Source of the DNA: an uncultured delta proteobacterium
Lineage (GTDB): Bacteria > Desulfobacterota > WTBG01 > CAIYCZ01 > CAIRTM01
Direction: 5' to 3'
DNA: 64,000 nt
Assembly (NCBI GenBank): GCA_963804955.1
Contig: CAWDSQ010000020.1
Span: 41,349 to 105,348, forward strand
The position numbers were made by a program, and so were the translations under genes. The notes beneath the pieces are model-generated. The model had not been told where the DNA came from. It was given only the letters and a program-made list of their open reading frames with translations, and searched no databases. This document shows positions 10,362-21,144 of the stretch, one piece after another (position 1 is the first letter of the stretch; each line of letters opens with the position of its first letter).

Positions 10362-12695
10362 TGCTCCTGCGCCCGGCTGACAGAAACTTTAACGACACGA
10401 GTGGCTCCTTGCTTGAACATAGCCCTACAGCATATGCCGGCAGTGAAGAAGTGCAGCAGGCGTACTTCGCCCATGATCTTGACGGCAACCTTTGTTACCG
10501 CCCGTTCGCCCTTGTTCTTACCAACCGCCGGCTGCTGCACAAAGAGCTGCCTGCGGGGAGCCTGTCCGGGCAAACTGCGCAGAGCCCGGCTCAGCCCGAA
10601 GGCGTTCCGGATGAAGTTTTCGAACTGAGCCCTGATCTCACCGCAACGGCCCAGGCCTATACCGGAGTCGGGGAAATTGAGCTCAGATGCCCTCAGCGCC
10701 TGCTCGCACGCTGGCATTATACCGTCGGCAAACATGCCGATGCCTGCGCATTCGTCAAAACAGTAAACTCCCTGGCTGCCAAACCAGCTGCCGATCAGCC
10801 GGATCGCGAGCCTGCTGCCGGCCTGCAGGAGCCTGCCTCCGATGCGGCACCTGAGGCGCCTGCCGAAATCACCTCAACATCAACGATGCGGTATCTGGGC
10901 CGGATTGTGAGTTTTGCCCGGCCCTGGGCCGGATTTTTCCTGCTGAGTTTCCTGCTGAGTGTCGCCTGCACCGGAGCGGGCCTTATACCGCCCTATATTA
11001 CCATGCCCCTGATCGACAAGGTTCTCATCCCCTTTCAGAACGGCAAGCCCATTGATGAGGGCCGTGTTGTTTTATTGCTGGCCGGTCTCGGGGGAGCGGC
11101 TTTTTTTGCATGGCTGCTTGGCTGGGCGCGTACTTTTGTGCTGGCGCGGGTGAGCGAGCGTGTCAGCGCTCAATTGCGCAATACCATTTATACGCATTTG
11201 CACAGGCTGTCGCTTGACTTTTTTAGCGAAAAGCGAACCGGTGATTTGATTTCCCGCGTCAGCACGGACACGGACCGGATTTGTTTTTTTCTGTCGGTCT
11301 ACGTGCTTGATCTGGCAGCCGATATACTCATGATCATTATGACCGCCGGCATACTTTTGTATATAAATCCCCTGCTTGCCATTGTTACCCTCTGCCCGTT
11401 TCCGTTTATTGCCTGGCTTACCCACCGGGTGCGTAAAACCCTGCGGCGCGGGTTTTCCAAAGGAAGCCGCGCCTGGGCTGACATGACCAGCGTTCTTGCC
11501 GACGCCATACCCGGCGTCAGGGTGGTCAAGGCATTTGCTCAGGAGGATCGGGAAACCGAGCGGTTCAAGGAAGCAAACCGGCTCGTCCTGCGGGCCAATG
11601 ACCGCGTCAACCGGGTCTGGTCTTTTTTCGGCCCCATGGTCACGCTCCTGACTGATTTGGGCGTGCTGATCATCTGGGGATTTGCCGTGTGGATGATATT
11701 TAAAAATCAGATCACGGTCGGCGTACTGACGGCCTTTGTTGCCTATATCAGCAAATTTTACGCCCGCCTTGAGTCCATGATTCGCATGGTGTCTGCCTTC
11801 CAGCGCACCGCGGCAAGCGCCAAGCGCATTTTTGACGTTATCGACATCGAGCCCCGTATTGTTGAGGTTGCCAACCCCGTCATTCCGGGCAAGGTGCAGG
11901 GGAAAATAGAATTTAAAAATGTCGGTTTTTCCTATGGCAAGCGGGATGTGCTGAAAAATGTCAACCTGACCATTAATGCCCGGTGAGATGATCGGCTTTG
12001 TGGGGCCGAGCGGATCAGGTAAAACCACGCTCGTCAACCTGGTGTGCCGTTTTTATGACGTGTGCGAGGGCGCGGTCATTGTCGATGATACCGATATTCG
12101 TGATATGTCCATTGCCGGGTACCGCAAAAATATCGGCATCGTGCTGCAGGACCCGTTCCTTTTTTACGGCACCATCGCTGAGAACATTGCCTATGGCAAG
12201 CCTGATGCCTCCCGCGCCGAAATCATAGAGGCAGCGCGTGCGGCATGCGCCCATGATTTCATTATACGCCTGCCCGACGCCTATGACACGCTGGTCGGCG
12301 AGCGCGGACAGCTTCTTTCAGGCGGCGAGAGGCAGCGCATCAGCATAGCCCGGGCCATTCTCATTAACCCGTCGATTTTGATACTCGACGAGGCCACCTC
12401 ATCGGTCGACGTGGAAACGGAAAAGGAAATTCAGCAGGCCCTTGAAAATTTAATCGAAGGCCGAACAACGCTTGCCGTTGCCCACCGCCTCAGCACCCTG
12501 AAGCGCGCCGACCGGATTGTGGTGCTTGAGGAAGGCACAATAACCGGTGTCGGCGGGCACACGGAGCTTCTGAGCACGAGCCTGACCTATGCCCGGTTTC
12601 ACCGGACAAATGCCGAGATGTATCTGTCAGCCGTTCATCAGCTCAAGGCCGGAGATGAAAAAAACGGGCTCGAGGAGGAAGAGCAGTATGCGTAG
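10361..12695 (+). CDS. ABC exporter (fused permease/ATPase, MsbA-like) with a ~175-aa soluble N-terminal extension; one frame break at ~11973
   Basis: ORFs 10361..11986 and 11976..12695. A six-helix exporter domain is followed by a Walker A motif split by the break (..LTINAR* / PGEMIGFVGPSGSGKTT). Also present: the signature LSGGERQRISIARA, Walker B ILILDEATS and H-loop LAVAHR. The ATG shares its A with the cphA TGA (TGATG). Confidence 0.85.
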
Positions 12696-13164
12696 TTCAG
12701 CTAAAACCATTATTGCAGGTTTTCGCAATAGCCAGGGCATGCTGGTTCTCACCGACGATGAGGGCACCCAGTACACGGATGTGCTGCCGGTGCGCATGTT
12801 TCCCATTACGGACCCCGACGGGTGGCTGTCTATCTGCGACAGGCAGGCAAAAGAGCTTTTCTGCATCGAGAACATCGAAACCATACCCCCTGAACTAAGG
12901 CGCATGCTCCAGGAGGAGCAGAACCGCTGCATGTTTACGCCTCTTATCACGCATATCAAACGGTCAATGCCCTTTGGCGATCATGTTCGTCTTTTCATAA
13001 AGACCGACCGGGGCGAGACGGATATTACCGTTGATACGGAGGATATTTACCGCCTGTCCGGCAACCGGATACTCATGAAGGATGTCAACGGCATCAGGTA
13101 TCTTATCCCCGACTGGCAAAAGATGAGCACCCACAGCCGCCGCATACTGGATATGTATTTATAA
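12688..13164 (+). CDS. DUF1854-family protein (cyanophycin-metabolism-associated family, as I recall the naming)
   Basis: ATG 12688 overlaps the ABC gene stop (TATGCGTAG). The ~158-aa product reads MRSSAKTIIAGFRNSQGMLVLTDDEGTQYTDVLPVRMFPITDPDGWLSICD..IRYLIPDWQKMSTHSRRILDMYL. Size, the LxLxDxxG..VxPVRxFP pattern and the position after a cphA-linked ABC gene match my memory of DUF1854. Confidence 0.6.
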   Translation: MRSSAKTIIAGFRNSQGMLVLTDDEGTQYTDVLPVRMFPITDPDGWLSICDRQAKELFCIENIETIPPELRRMLQEEQNRCMFTPLITHIKRSMPFGDHVRLFIKTDRGETDITVDTEDIYRLSGNRILMKDVNGIRYLIPDWQKMSTHSRRILDMYL

Positions 13165-13792
13165 AACGAATTCCTGCCTTATTTCCCCGTGCTCAGCTTC
13201 ACGTGGTTTGTGTATTTCCCCTCAAACAGTTTCTCCTGTCCGCCTTTTGATCGAGATAATAAACTGTCCATACAGGATACAGAAAAAATAGCTCTTACCT
13301 CCTTTGTATACTTCTTAAAATTCCAGCAATCAAATCTGTATTTTAGAGAACCAAATACGTTCTAATTTAAAAAAAATCATTTTTTTTTGATAAATACTGG
13401 CAATAAACCAGTATTAAATCTGAAAAATTGAGTATTTGTACTCATAGCTTTTCCATTTTTTCTATGATAGCTAATTTTAAGCTAGATGGTTAAGTTCACG
13501 TTAGCTAACTTTTTACAGACGTTTATTTTTATTTTCGGATAGAACTTTTAAGGGGCAGGAGGGGAGGGGAAACAACATGCCGAAACACCAGTCCATTTAC
13601 CATCTATCTTCTCATTTGATTCAAGATAAGCGTAATCCGTTGTTCCGTCTGTTCATTATGCAGAGCTAAATAGCATGATGTGGAAACGACGAAAGTTTTA
13701 AAGTTTTTTCTGCATAGCTAATGGCATGCTGTCATGTTTCGGCTGTTTCAAAATTAACTGATGATAGGTGGAAATTTTTTAAGGTGCAATCC

Positions 13793-16700
13793 ATGAAGTC
13801 GACATTGGTGAAAAAATTTTTTACAACAGGTACACTATTTCTGGTTTTCATGTTTGTGCTAATCTGGCTAATGCGCAGACAACGACTATACGTGCCGGAT
13901 AGCAGCACACCACTACCACAATTTCAGCAACGTTGATGATTTCGGGAATGCTTGTAACACTGCGCAACCGGTGTCTGTCAATGCCACGATAAGCGGTGCA
14001 ATAAATTATGGTGGTGATTATGATTACTTTGTAGTGCAGGTGCCGGCGTTTGGAGCACTGAGTGTGTATACAACAGGATCTGCCGATACTTTTGGTTTTT
14101 TGTTGGATGCAGGCTGCACTGATTCCAATGATCATATTTTTGCGCAAAATAATAATTTGGCTGAAGCACAAAATTATAATTTTGCAATCAACAAAAACGT
14201 TCCAGCAGGCACATATTACATTGCAGTACGGCTTTCTGCTTCCGATAGCGTTGGCGCATATACGCTGCATGTTCACTTTAATCAGGCAGCCATAACATCA
14301 GAGCTGGTTGATTAACAGGGTAGCGGGCAATGGGCAGTATGATTATACTGGCGATGGTTTACAAGCTACTGAGGCAGCGTTTCGTAATCCATTCAGTATT
14401 GCCGTTGACAGTTCGGACGCTTCTTATATTGCAGATTGGGCTAACAATAGAATCCGCAAAGTTGCATACAATGGAACGATTACAACGGTTGCTGGCGGCG
14501 GTATGTATAATAATAGTGATTATACCGTTGCAGGCAACTGATTTCATGCTTAATTATCCTTCCGGCATTGCTGTCGACCTCTGGAACAATATTTATATTG
14601 CAGACTCAGGCAGCAGGATGATTTTTAAAGTCGATGCTGCAACAGGTACTATCGGCCTTGTTGCGGGTGGAGGCACCAGTGAGGACTGTAATTATACAGG
14701 CCCGGCCACAAATGCCCTTCTGTCTGGTCCCTGGAGTATCGCTTTAGACAATTATGATAATATATATATCGCAGATTACGGCTGCGGCTGTGTGCGTAAA
14801 GTTGACGAACATGAAACAATCAGCACTGTGGCGGGGGGCGGAACGCCTCCCGACGGACGCGGTGATGGCGGTTCAGCTACGGCTGCAGCGCTTTATGGGC
14901 CCACTGGCCTGGCCTTTGACAGCGACGGAAATATGTATATTGCAGACTGGGATGACAAACGTGTACGCAAAGTTGATGCGCTGACACAGTCTATTACGAC
15001 GATTGCAGGGGGTGGCACACCCGATGATGGCCTTGGCGATAACGGGACGGCAGCAGCGGCAATGCTGAATAATCCTTCCAGCGTTGCAGTTGATAATACT
15101 AACAATATCTACATTGGGGATGTCGGTAATCAGCGTATTCTAAAAGTCGACGCAATAACAAAAAAAATCAACACTGTTGCGGGTGGAGGCCTGGTCAGTG
15201 ATATCAACTATAATGGTCCGGCATTGGCCCCATTCTTTTTTCCTGATTCGGTTGCTCTTGATAGCCAGGGGGGTATACTCATCGCTGATTCCGGTAACAG
15301 TGTTATCTGGCGCATGTATCATGGGTGCATCGACAACGATGGCGACGGCTATGGAGTTGGATCAGAATGTTTTGCAGTTGACTGCAATGACAACGATGCA
15401 TCAGGACATCCCGGCGCACCGGAAATATGCTACAACGGCCTTGATGATAACTGTAACGGGGAGTTTTCTGAAGGCTGCGCGACGTGGTATAGGGATGCGG
15501 ACGGTGACGGTTATGGCAATGCAGCTGAGACGATGGCAGCAATTAGCCAGCCAGAGGGGCATGTGGCAGACTCCACCGATTGCGATGACACCAGCGCTTC
15601 GGTATATCCGGTGGCAACGGAGCTGTGCAACGGAATTGACGATGATTGCAATGGCCAGATTGATGAGACCTGTGCCTGCGTTGACAACGATGGCGTATAC
15701 GCTATGGCCGTTACCGCAGGCTGGCCCCGACTGTGACGACAGCAACGCCGCGGTCCATCCGGGCGCCACGGAAGCGTGCAACGGCATCGATGACGACTGC
15801 GATGGCCAGATCGAAGATACGTGTTCTTGTGTTGACAACGATGGCGACACCTATGGCCATAATTGCAGCGCGGGCCCAGTTGTGACGACAACAACGCCGC
15901 TGTCCATCCGGGCGGCCACGGAAATCCGCAATGGCATTGATGATAATTGCGACGGTTTGATTGATGGTGGAGATACTGATGGCGACGGCCTTTTTGATCT
16001 TTGCGGCAATTGCCCTTCTGCCGTAAATCCGGAACAGCAGGACAGGGACTATGACGGCGTGGGAATGCATGCGACAACTGCCCGGACACCTGCAATCCGC
16101 TTCAGTTTGATGTTGACTCTGACGGCACAGGCGATGTGTGCGACACGACACCCGGTTGCGGCGGCTGCGCGAGCAAACACCTTGTGTGCATGATTGCTCA
16201 ACTTTTGATTTTGATAAAGACGGCATCAGCAACAATGCTGATAATTGCCCCGGCAGTGCCAACACCTCTCAGCAGGACTCGACTCTGACGGGGTGGGTGA
16301 AGTGTGCGACAGCTGCCCGACAGCATCAGATCCGGATCAGCAGGACAGCGATGTTGACGGTTTTGGCGATGTCTGTGACAATTGCCCTGCAGTTGCAAAA
16401 CCCGCACAGCGGACTCGGATTATGAAGGCGTGGGGGATGCCTGTGACAACTGCCCGGAACCTGTGTAATTTTTTACAGAAGGATACAGACAGTGACGGTG
16501 CCGGCGATGTGTGTGATGCTTCGCCCAATTGCGGCAGTGGATGCGGCCAGACGCCCTGTGAAACCGATTGCACAGCTTCCATGGGGCCGCTGCCTGTCAT
16601 AGCCATACTGTCGCCAGTTGAGAATGCCACAGTCGGTTTAACAGCTCTTTACCGTTGCCGGCCTCTGTTTAACGCTGTGCAGGTTGATGTTAACGGTGTG

Positions 16701-19700
16701 CGGGCATTTATTTCCGGCAGCTTGTTCACGGCAAGTATTCCTGTCAGTGAGGGCATCAACTCAATTACCGCAACCGCCACGGATACCTATGGCCGGCCGG
16801 TACAGGCCGGCATAACCGTTACAGCCGGTCAAATCCCCTATTTTATTGAAACAATAAGTGATCTGGTTTTCAACCTGCAAGTATAGCTGTCGAATACGGA
16901 GGGCGTTGCTTATATTGCCAATGGCAATGGCCACAGGGTCCATAAAATAGATCCTCATGACTTAACCCAACCCTTATTACGGTTGCAGGCGCCGGCACAG
17001 CAGGATATAACGATGACGGCATACCGGCCCTTTCAGCGCAGCTTAACAAGCCTACCGGAGTTGCAGTAGACGTCTCCGGCAATATCTATATTGCGAGACA
17101 GCGGAAACAGCCGTATTCGCATGGTTGATACTGCAAATCCCCCTATCATTACAACAGTTGCCGGCAACGGTGTTTTCGGGGCTTGCGTCCCCGGGCAGTA
17201 GCGCAACCCTCAGCCCCCTTGCCAATCCCGTAAGAGTCGCCTCTTGATTCAAACGGCAATATCTACATATCGTGTTACTATGGGATGTGCGATGAGGCGC
17301 GGGTGCTCAAGGTCGATGAGCAACAAGAATTATTTCAGAATTTGCAGGAAGTGGTTGTCGGCAAACGGTTCATGAATACTTGTGAACTTACGAGGCCAAT
17401 AGGCTTGGCGGTTGATGCTTTGAACAAGCGTCTATGTCAGCCGACCCCGCCAATCTCTGTATCCGTCAGAAAAGCCAGGAGGATTTTTTTACACAGGATG
17501 CGGCCGGACATTATATTTATATGGGATCTTCAACGTGACTATCGATATACCTCCCAACAGTGAAAGCGGTGATGGGTTACCGGCGACAAGCACCGGGTCT
17601 CTCTCAACGAACCCAATGGTGTTGCCGTTGATGCTGCCGGTAATATGTACATTGCGGACACCATGCACCATACGATCCGCAAAGTTACCGGCTTCGAGCG
17701 GTATTATCAGTACCATTGCGGGCACCGGTGCGCAGGCAGCAGATACGGAAGACGGCTTCGCAACTGAGGCTCCGCTTAACAGGCCTACTGATGTTGCCGT
17801 AGACGACGCAGGAAATGTCTTTGTTGCAGACTCCTATAATAACCGCATCTGCAGGCTTTCGCTGCCATCATCGGGCACGGTGCTGCAGGGAACCGCGCGT
17901 GACGCCGCCACCGGCCTGTCGCTGCGGTGTTATCCTGTCCGTCATTTCCTCCGGCATTTCATATACGGCGGTCAGCGGCGCTGACGGGTCGTTTGTGTTC
18001 TCCGGCATCATGCACGGCAGTTACACCCTTACCGGCCTCAAGGATGGCTATCTGCCGAAAACCGTTTCAGGCGCCATCACGGCCGGAGCTACACATACTA
18101 TTGCCGTTCAGATGGAACAAACGAGCGCATCACTGACCGTTGCCATCACATCGCCCGGCGATGGCGCCACTATAACATCGGCATCCATCACCGTTACCGG
18201 CCTTGTCTCGTGCCCTGCCCAGGTAACGGTCAATGGAGTCGAAGCAGCCCGTCAGCAACAACACCTTCAGCGCGGCGATTACGCTTGCCGAGGGGGTTAA
18301 CACCATAACCGCAACCGCCACGGATACGCTTAATCAAACCGCAACCGTTCATATTCAGGTAACGGTTGTCACAAAAGGGTCGCTTGCCGGAACGGTTACC
18401 GACAGCCAAACCGGCCTGGCCCTGCCGGGTGTTACGGTAAGAGCTACCGATGCCGGCGGCGCCGTCCACCAGACAATGACCAATGAGCTGGGTTTTTATG
18501 CATTTTCCGATGTGCCTGCCGGCTCGATCACCACCAGGTTCAGCAAGAGCGGGTATATTGGCCAATACAAACAGGCGGTGATAACCGCCGGCTCTTCAAC
18601 CACGGTGAATTTGCAGCTGGCTGTAGCCCCGGCATTAACCATTACTATTGTCCAGCCGGATGATGGCGACACGGTTACGTCACCGTTTGTTACCCTGATG
18701 GGCACAGCCAGCAATGATGCGGACGTCGCCATCAATGGGCAACAAGTAGCCAGCATGGCAACTATCTTTTTGTGTGACCTTGTGCTTCATGCGGGGGTAA
18801 ATATTCTCACCATAACCGCTACCGATACGTATGGCCAGACAGTTACTATATATTTTACGATCAATTATATTATTCCGCAAACACAAGTATACTTGTCCCG
18901 CGTCTGAAACCACTATTCTCATCGGCTCATCAGTAACTCTTTCATGGAATTCGTATTATGCTGGAGAGTGTGTGCTGCAACCCGGTATTGGCGTTGTAGC
19001 AAACTCGGGCTCAATCACTGTCAGCCCAACAGAAACGACTACTTACATCATGTATGCTACCGGGCCGGCCGGTACGGCAGCCGACAGCGTTACGGTGTAT
19101 GTCATACACCCGGTAAAACCAACCGTAACGCTCAGTTCAACACCGGCAAGTATTGCCCCTGGAGCTACCGCAACCCTGTGCCTGGATCTCAACCGACGCA
19201 CTGTCCTGCGCCATAGCGCCGGGTATCGGTACGGTTGATCACCATGGCTCGATACAGGTAGCACCTGCTGAAACCACCACCTACACTATTACGGCAACCG
19301 GGCCGGGTGGCGAATCAGACCCGGTAAGCGTTATCGTTATCGTAGCCCAGCCCGCGCCCACAGTAACTTTAGCCGCTTTACCGGAAACAATTGCGCGGGG
19401 ACAGTCAACAACACTTACCTGGACCTCAACCGATGCTGACTCCTGTGTCATCGACCCCGGCAATACTGCCGTGGGGTGCAACAGTTTCGCTACAGTAACG
19501 CCCAATAATACAACCACCTATACCATCACGGCGACAAACGCCATGGGTTCTGCTACAGCAACCGCCATGGTAATTGTTATTGTGCCCCGCTCCGTGCAGA
19601 TAACCTATCCGGCAGATAATGAACGTATCAACCGGCCCGACACGCTGGTGCAGGGGTCGGTGGAGGGATTTACCGGCAGCGATATCGGGGTAACGGTAAA

Positions 19701-20433
19701 CGGTGTGGTGGCGCATGTGTACGGCACCGAGTTTGCGGCAAATCATGTGCCCCTGCAGGAAGGAGACAATAACAGCATAACCGCCTTTGCCGTAAATGAT
19801 TCCGGAGACAATGCAACAGACGCGATCAATGTGCGCGCAAGCACAGCAGGTAACCATATAACCCTAACTGGCAGCCCATCCTCGGGCATAACGCCGCTTG
19901 AGTTTACGATGAATCTGACCAAAACCTATGCCGGCACGACATATGCTTTCAGCTATACAGGCCCGGGCGCAGTTGATAACATGGGTGATAATGCCACAAT
20001 CATGGAGTTCAAGCGCCGCGTAGCCGAACCGGGGCTGTATTATATTACCGCAGAGGACAATGAAACCCTGGACAACGGCACGCAGATACTCCATACCGAC
20101 ACCATGGCTATCATGGCTGATAACCGCACCGCGTTGGATGCGAAGCTGAAAGAAAAATGGGAGGGGATGAAAGCCGCATTGTCACAGAGTAATATAAATA
20201 ATGCGATAAGTTGGTTTGATAATTCTACAAAAGAAGGTTATACGGAGGCTTTTACAGCCCTTTTTTCACAGCTTCCTCAAATCGCACAGGATTTAAGTAA
20301 TATACAATTATTGGATATGCAGAACAGCAAAGCGCAATATGATATCCGGATATTCAGAAGCGGGAACGAGTTTTCGTATTATCTGGTGTTTGTAAAAGAC
20401 AAAAACGGAATCTGGAAGATAAAGGCATTCTAA
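13793..20433 (+). pseudogene. Giant mosaic cell-surface/adhesin-like protein (~2200 codons) with 20 or more frame breaks
   Basis: Signal peptide MKSTLVKKFFTTGTLFLVFMFV..ANA-Q.

Domains in order:
- PPC-like domain (GDYDYFVVQV..GTYYIAVRLS..GAYTLHV).
- NHL-type repeats (PSGIAVD..NIYIADSGSRMIFKVD..TIGLVAGGG, several copies).
- MopE-type Cys/Asp motifs (DNDGDGYG..DCDDSNAAVHPGATEACNGIDDDCDGQ, about 4 copies).
- Thrombospondin type-3 repeats (DSDGVGEVCDSCP..DPDQQDSDVDGFGDVCDNCP).
- A second NHL block at 16.9-17.8 kb.
- CarboxypepD_reg-like modules (GTVTDSQTGLALPGVTVRATD).
- Three Ig-like repeats and a unique C-terminal ~280 aa.

The text continues across ORFs 13721.., 13971.., 14308.., 14330.., 15177.., 16245.., 17535.., 17815.., 18233.., 18831.. 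and 19153..20433. Confidence 0.75.
18903..19585 (+). repeat. Three tandem ~75-95-codon Ig-like repeats inside the adhesin gene
   Basis: The repeated pattern is PTVTL(S/A)..P..I..G....L.W.S.DA.SC.I.PGIG.V...GS..V.P..TTTY.I.ATG..G....V.V.V. Instances are SETTILIGSSVTLSWNS.., PTVTLSSTPASIAPGATATL.. and PTVTLAALPETIARGQSTTLTWTSTDADSCVIDPG... Confidence 0.6.
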
Positions 20434-20460
20434 ACATTCAACCATTACAGTGGTGCCCAT

Positions 20461-21111
20461 ATGAAAAGGTTAAAACTAAAACTGACAGCTATCCTGCTGG
20501 GGGTAATGATTCTCGTTGGTTTATGCTCACTGGTATATGAAAAGAGCTGGTTGTTTTATTACAAACCCGCGTTCAAAGGCAGGCTGGTTGACAATGAGAC
20601 CAAGGAGCCGCTAGAGGGGGTGGTAGTGGTGGCGATATACGGGACTTCACCCTGGTTCTGTCTTGGCCCGGGGGGGTGCTCCGGGTCAATAATACATGTG
20701 AGGGAAACCTTAACGGATAAAAACGGGGAATTTTCTATACCTTCTTATATTGGGATCATCCACCCGTTTGATTATGAGGGTGATACTGACTTCATTATTT
20801 ATAAGCCAGGGTATGGGAGTTTTGACAATTTGTATACGTTTAATATTTTCCCGATTCAATATCGGGGTATTATGTACTGCGGCCCTTCCTGGCTGTTTTC
20901 ACAAGAACGCACGTATGGAGAAAAAATAACACTTTCGAAAGAAGGTGCAACCATCACCTTTACCTTCGGAGAGGCGGAACTGCCAAGGTTAAAGACAAAA
21001 GAAGAAAGAAGAAATGCATTAGTGAGTGGGTATGTGTATGATTTTGGCCCAAAAGATTTGCCTCTTTTAAATGGGGCAATAAATGAGGAAAGAAAAAAGC
21101 CTATTTGGTGA
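20461..21111 (+). CDS. Hypothetical membrane-anchored protein with a possible carboxypeptidase-regulatory-like beta-sandwich
   Basis: 216 aa with an N-terminal TM helix (LTAILLGVMILVGLCSLVY), then FKGRLVDNETKEPLEGVVVVAIYG. It starts 27 nt after the adhesin stop, so it is probably co-transcribed. Confidence 0.55.
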   Translation: MKRLKLKLTAILLGVMILVGLCSLVYEKSWLFYYKPAFKGRLVDNETKEPLEGVVVVAIYGTSPWFCLGPGGCSGSIIHVRETLTDKNGEFSIPSYIGIIHPFDYEGDTDFIIYKPGYGSFDNLYTFNIFPIQYRGIMYCGPSWLFSQERTYGEKITLSKEGATITFTFGEAELPRLKTKEERRNALVSGYVYDFGPKDLPLLNGAINEERKKPIW

Positions 21112-21144
21112 TTAACAATTAAAAAAAAGTTAAAAGGATCTATT

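Noticed and set aside
11072-12037. Long antisense or overlapping ORFs, for example 11072..12037(-), 8837..9463(-), 15511..16095(-), 26573..27109(-), 28665..29291(+), 31142..31804(+), 37529..38314(-), 52394..52777(-) and 62354..62986(-).
   Set aside because: These are shadow ORFs opposite well-supported genes. They have Arg/Pro/Gly/Ser-rich nonsense compositions, no RBS and no recognisable motifs.
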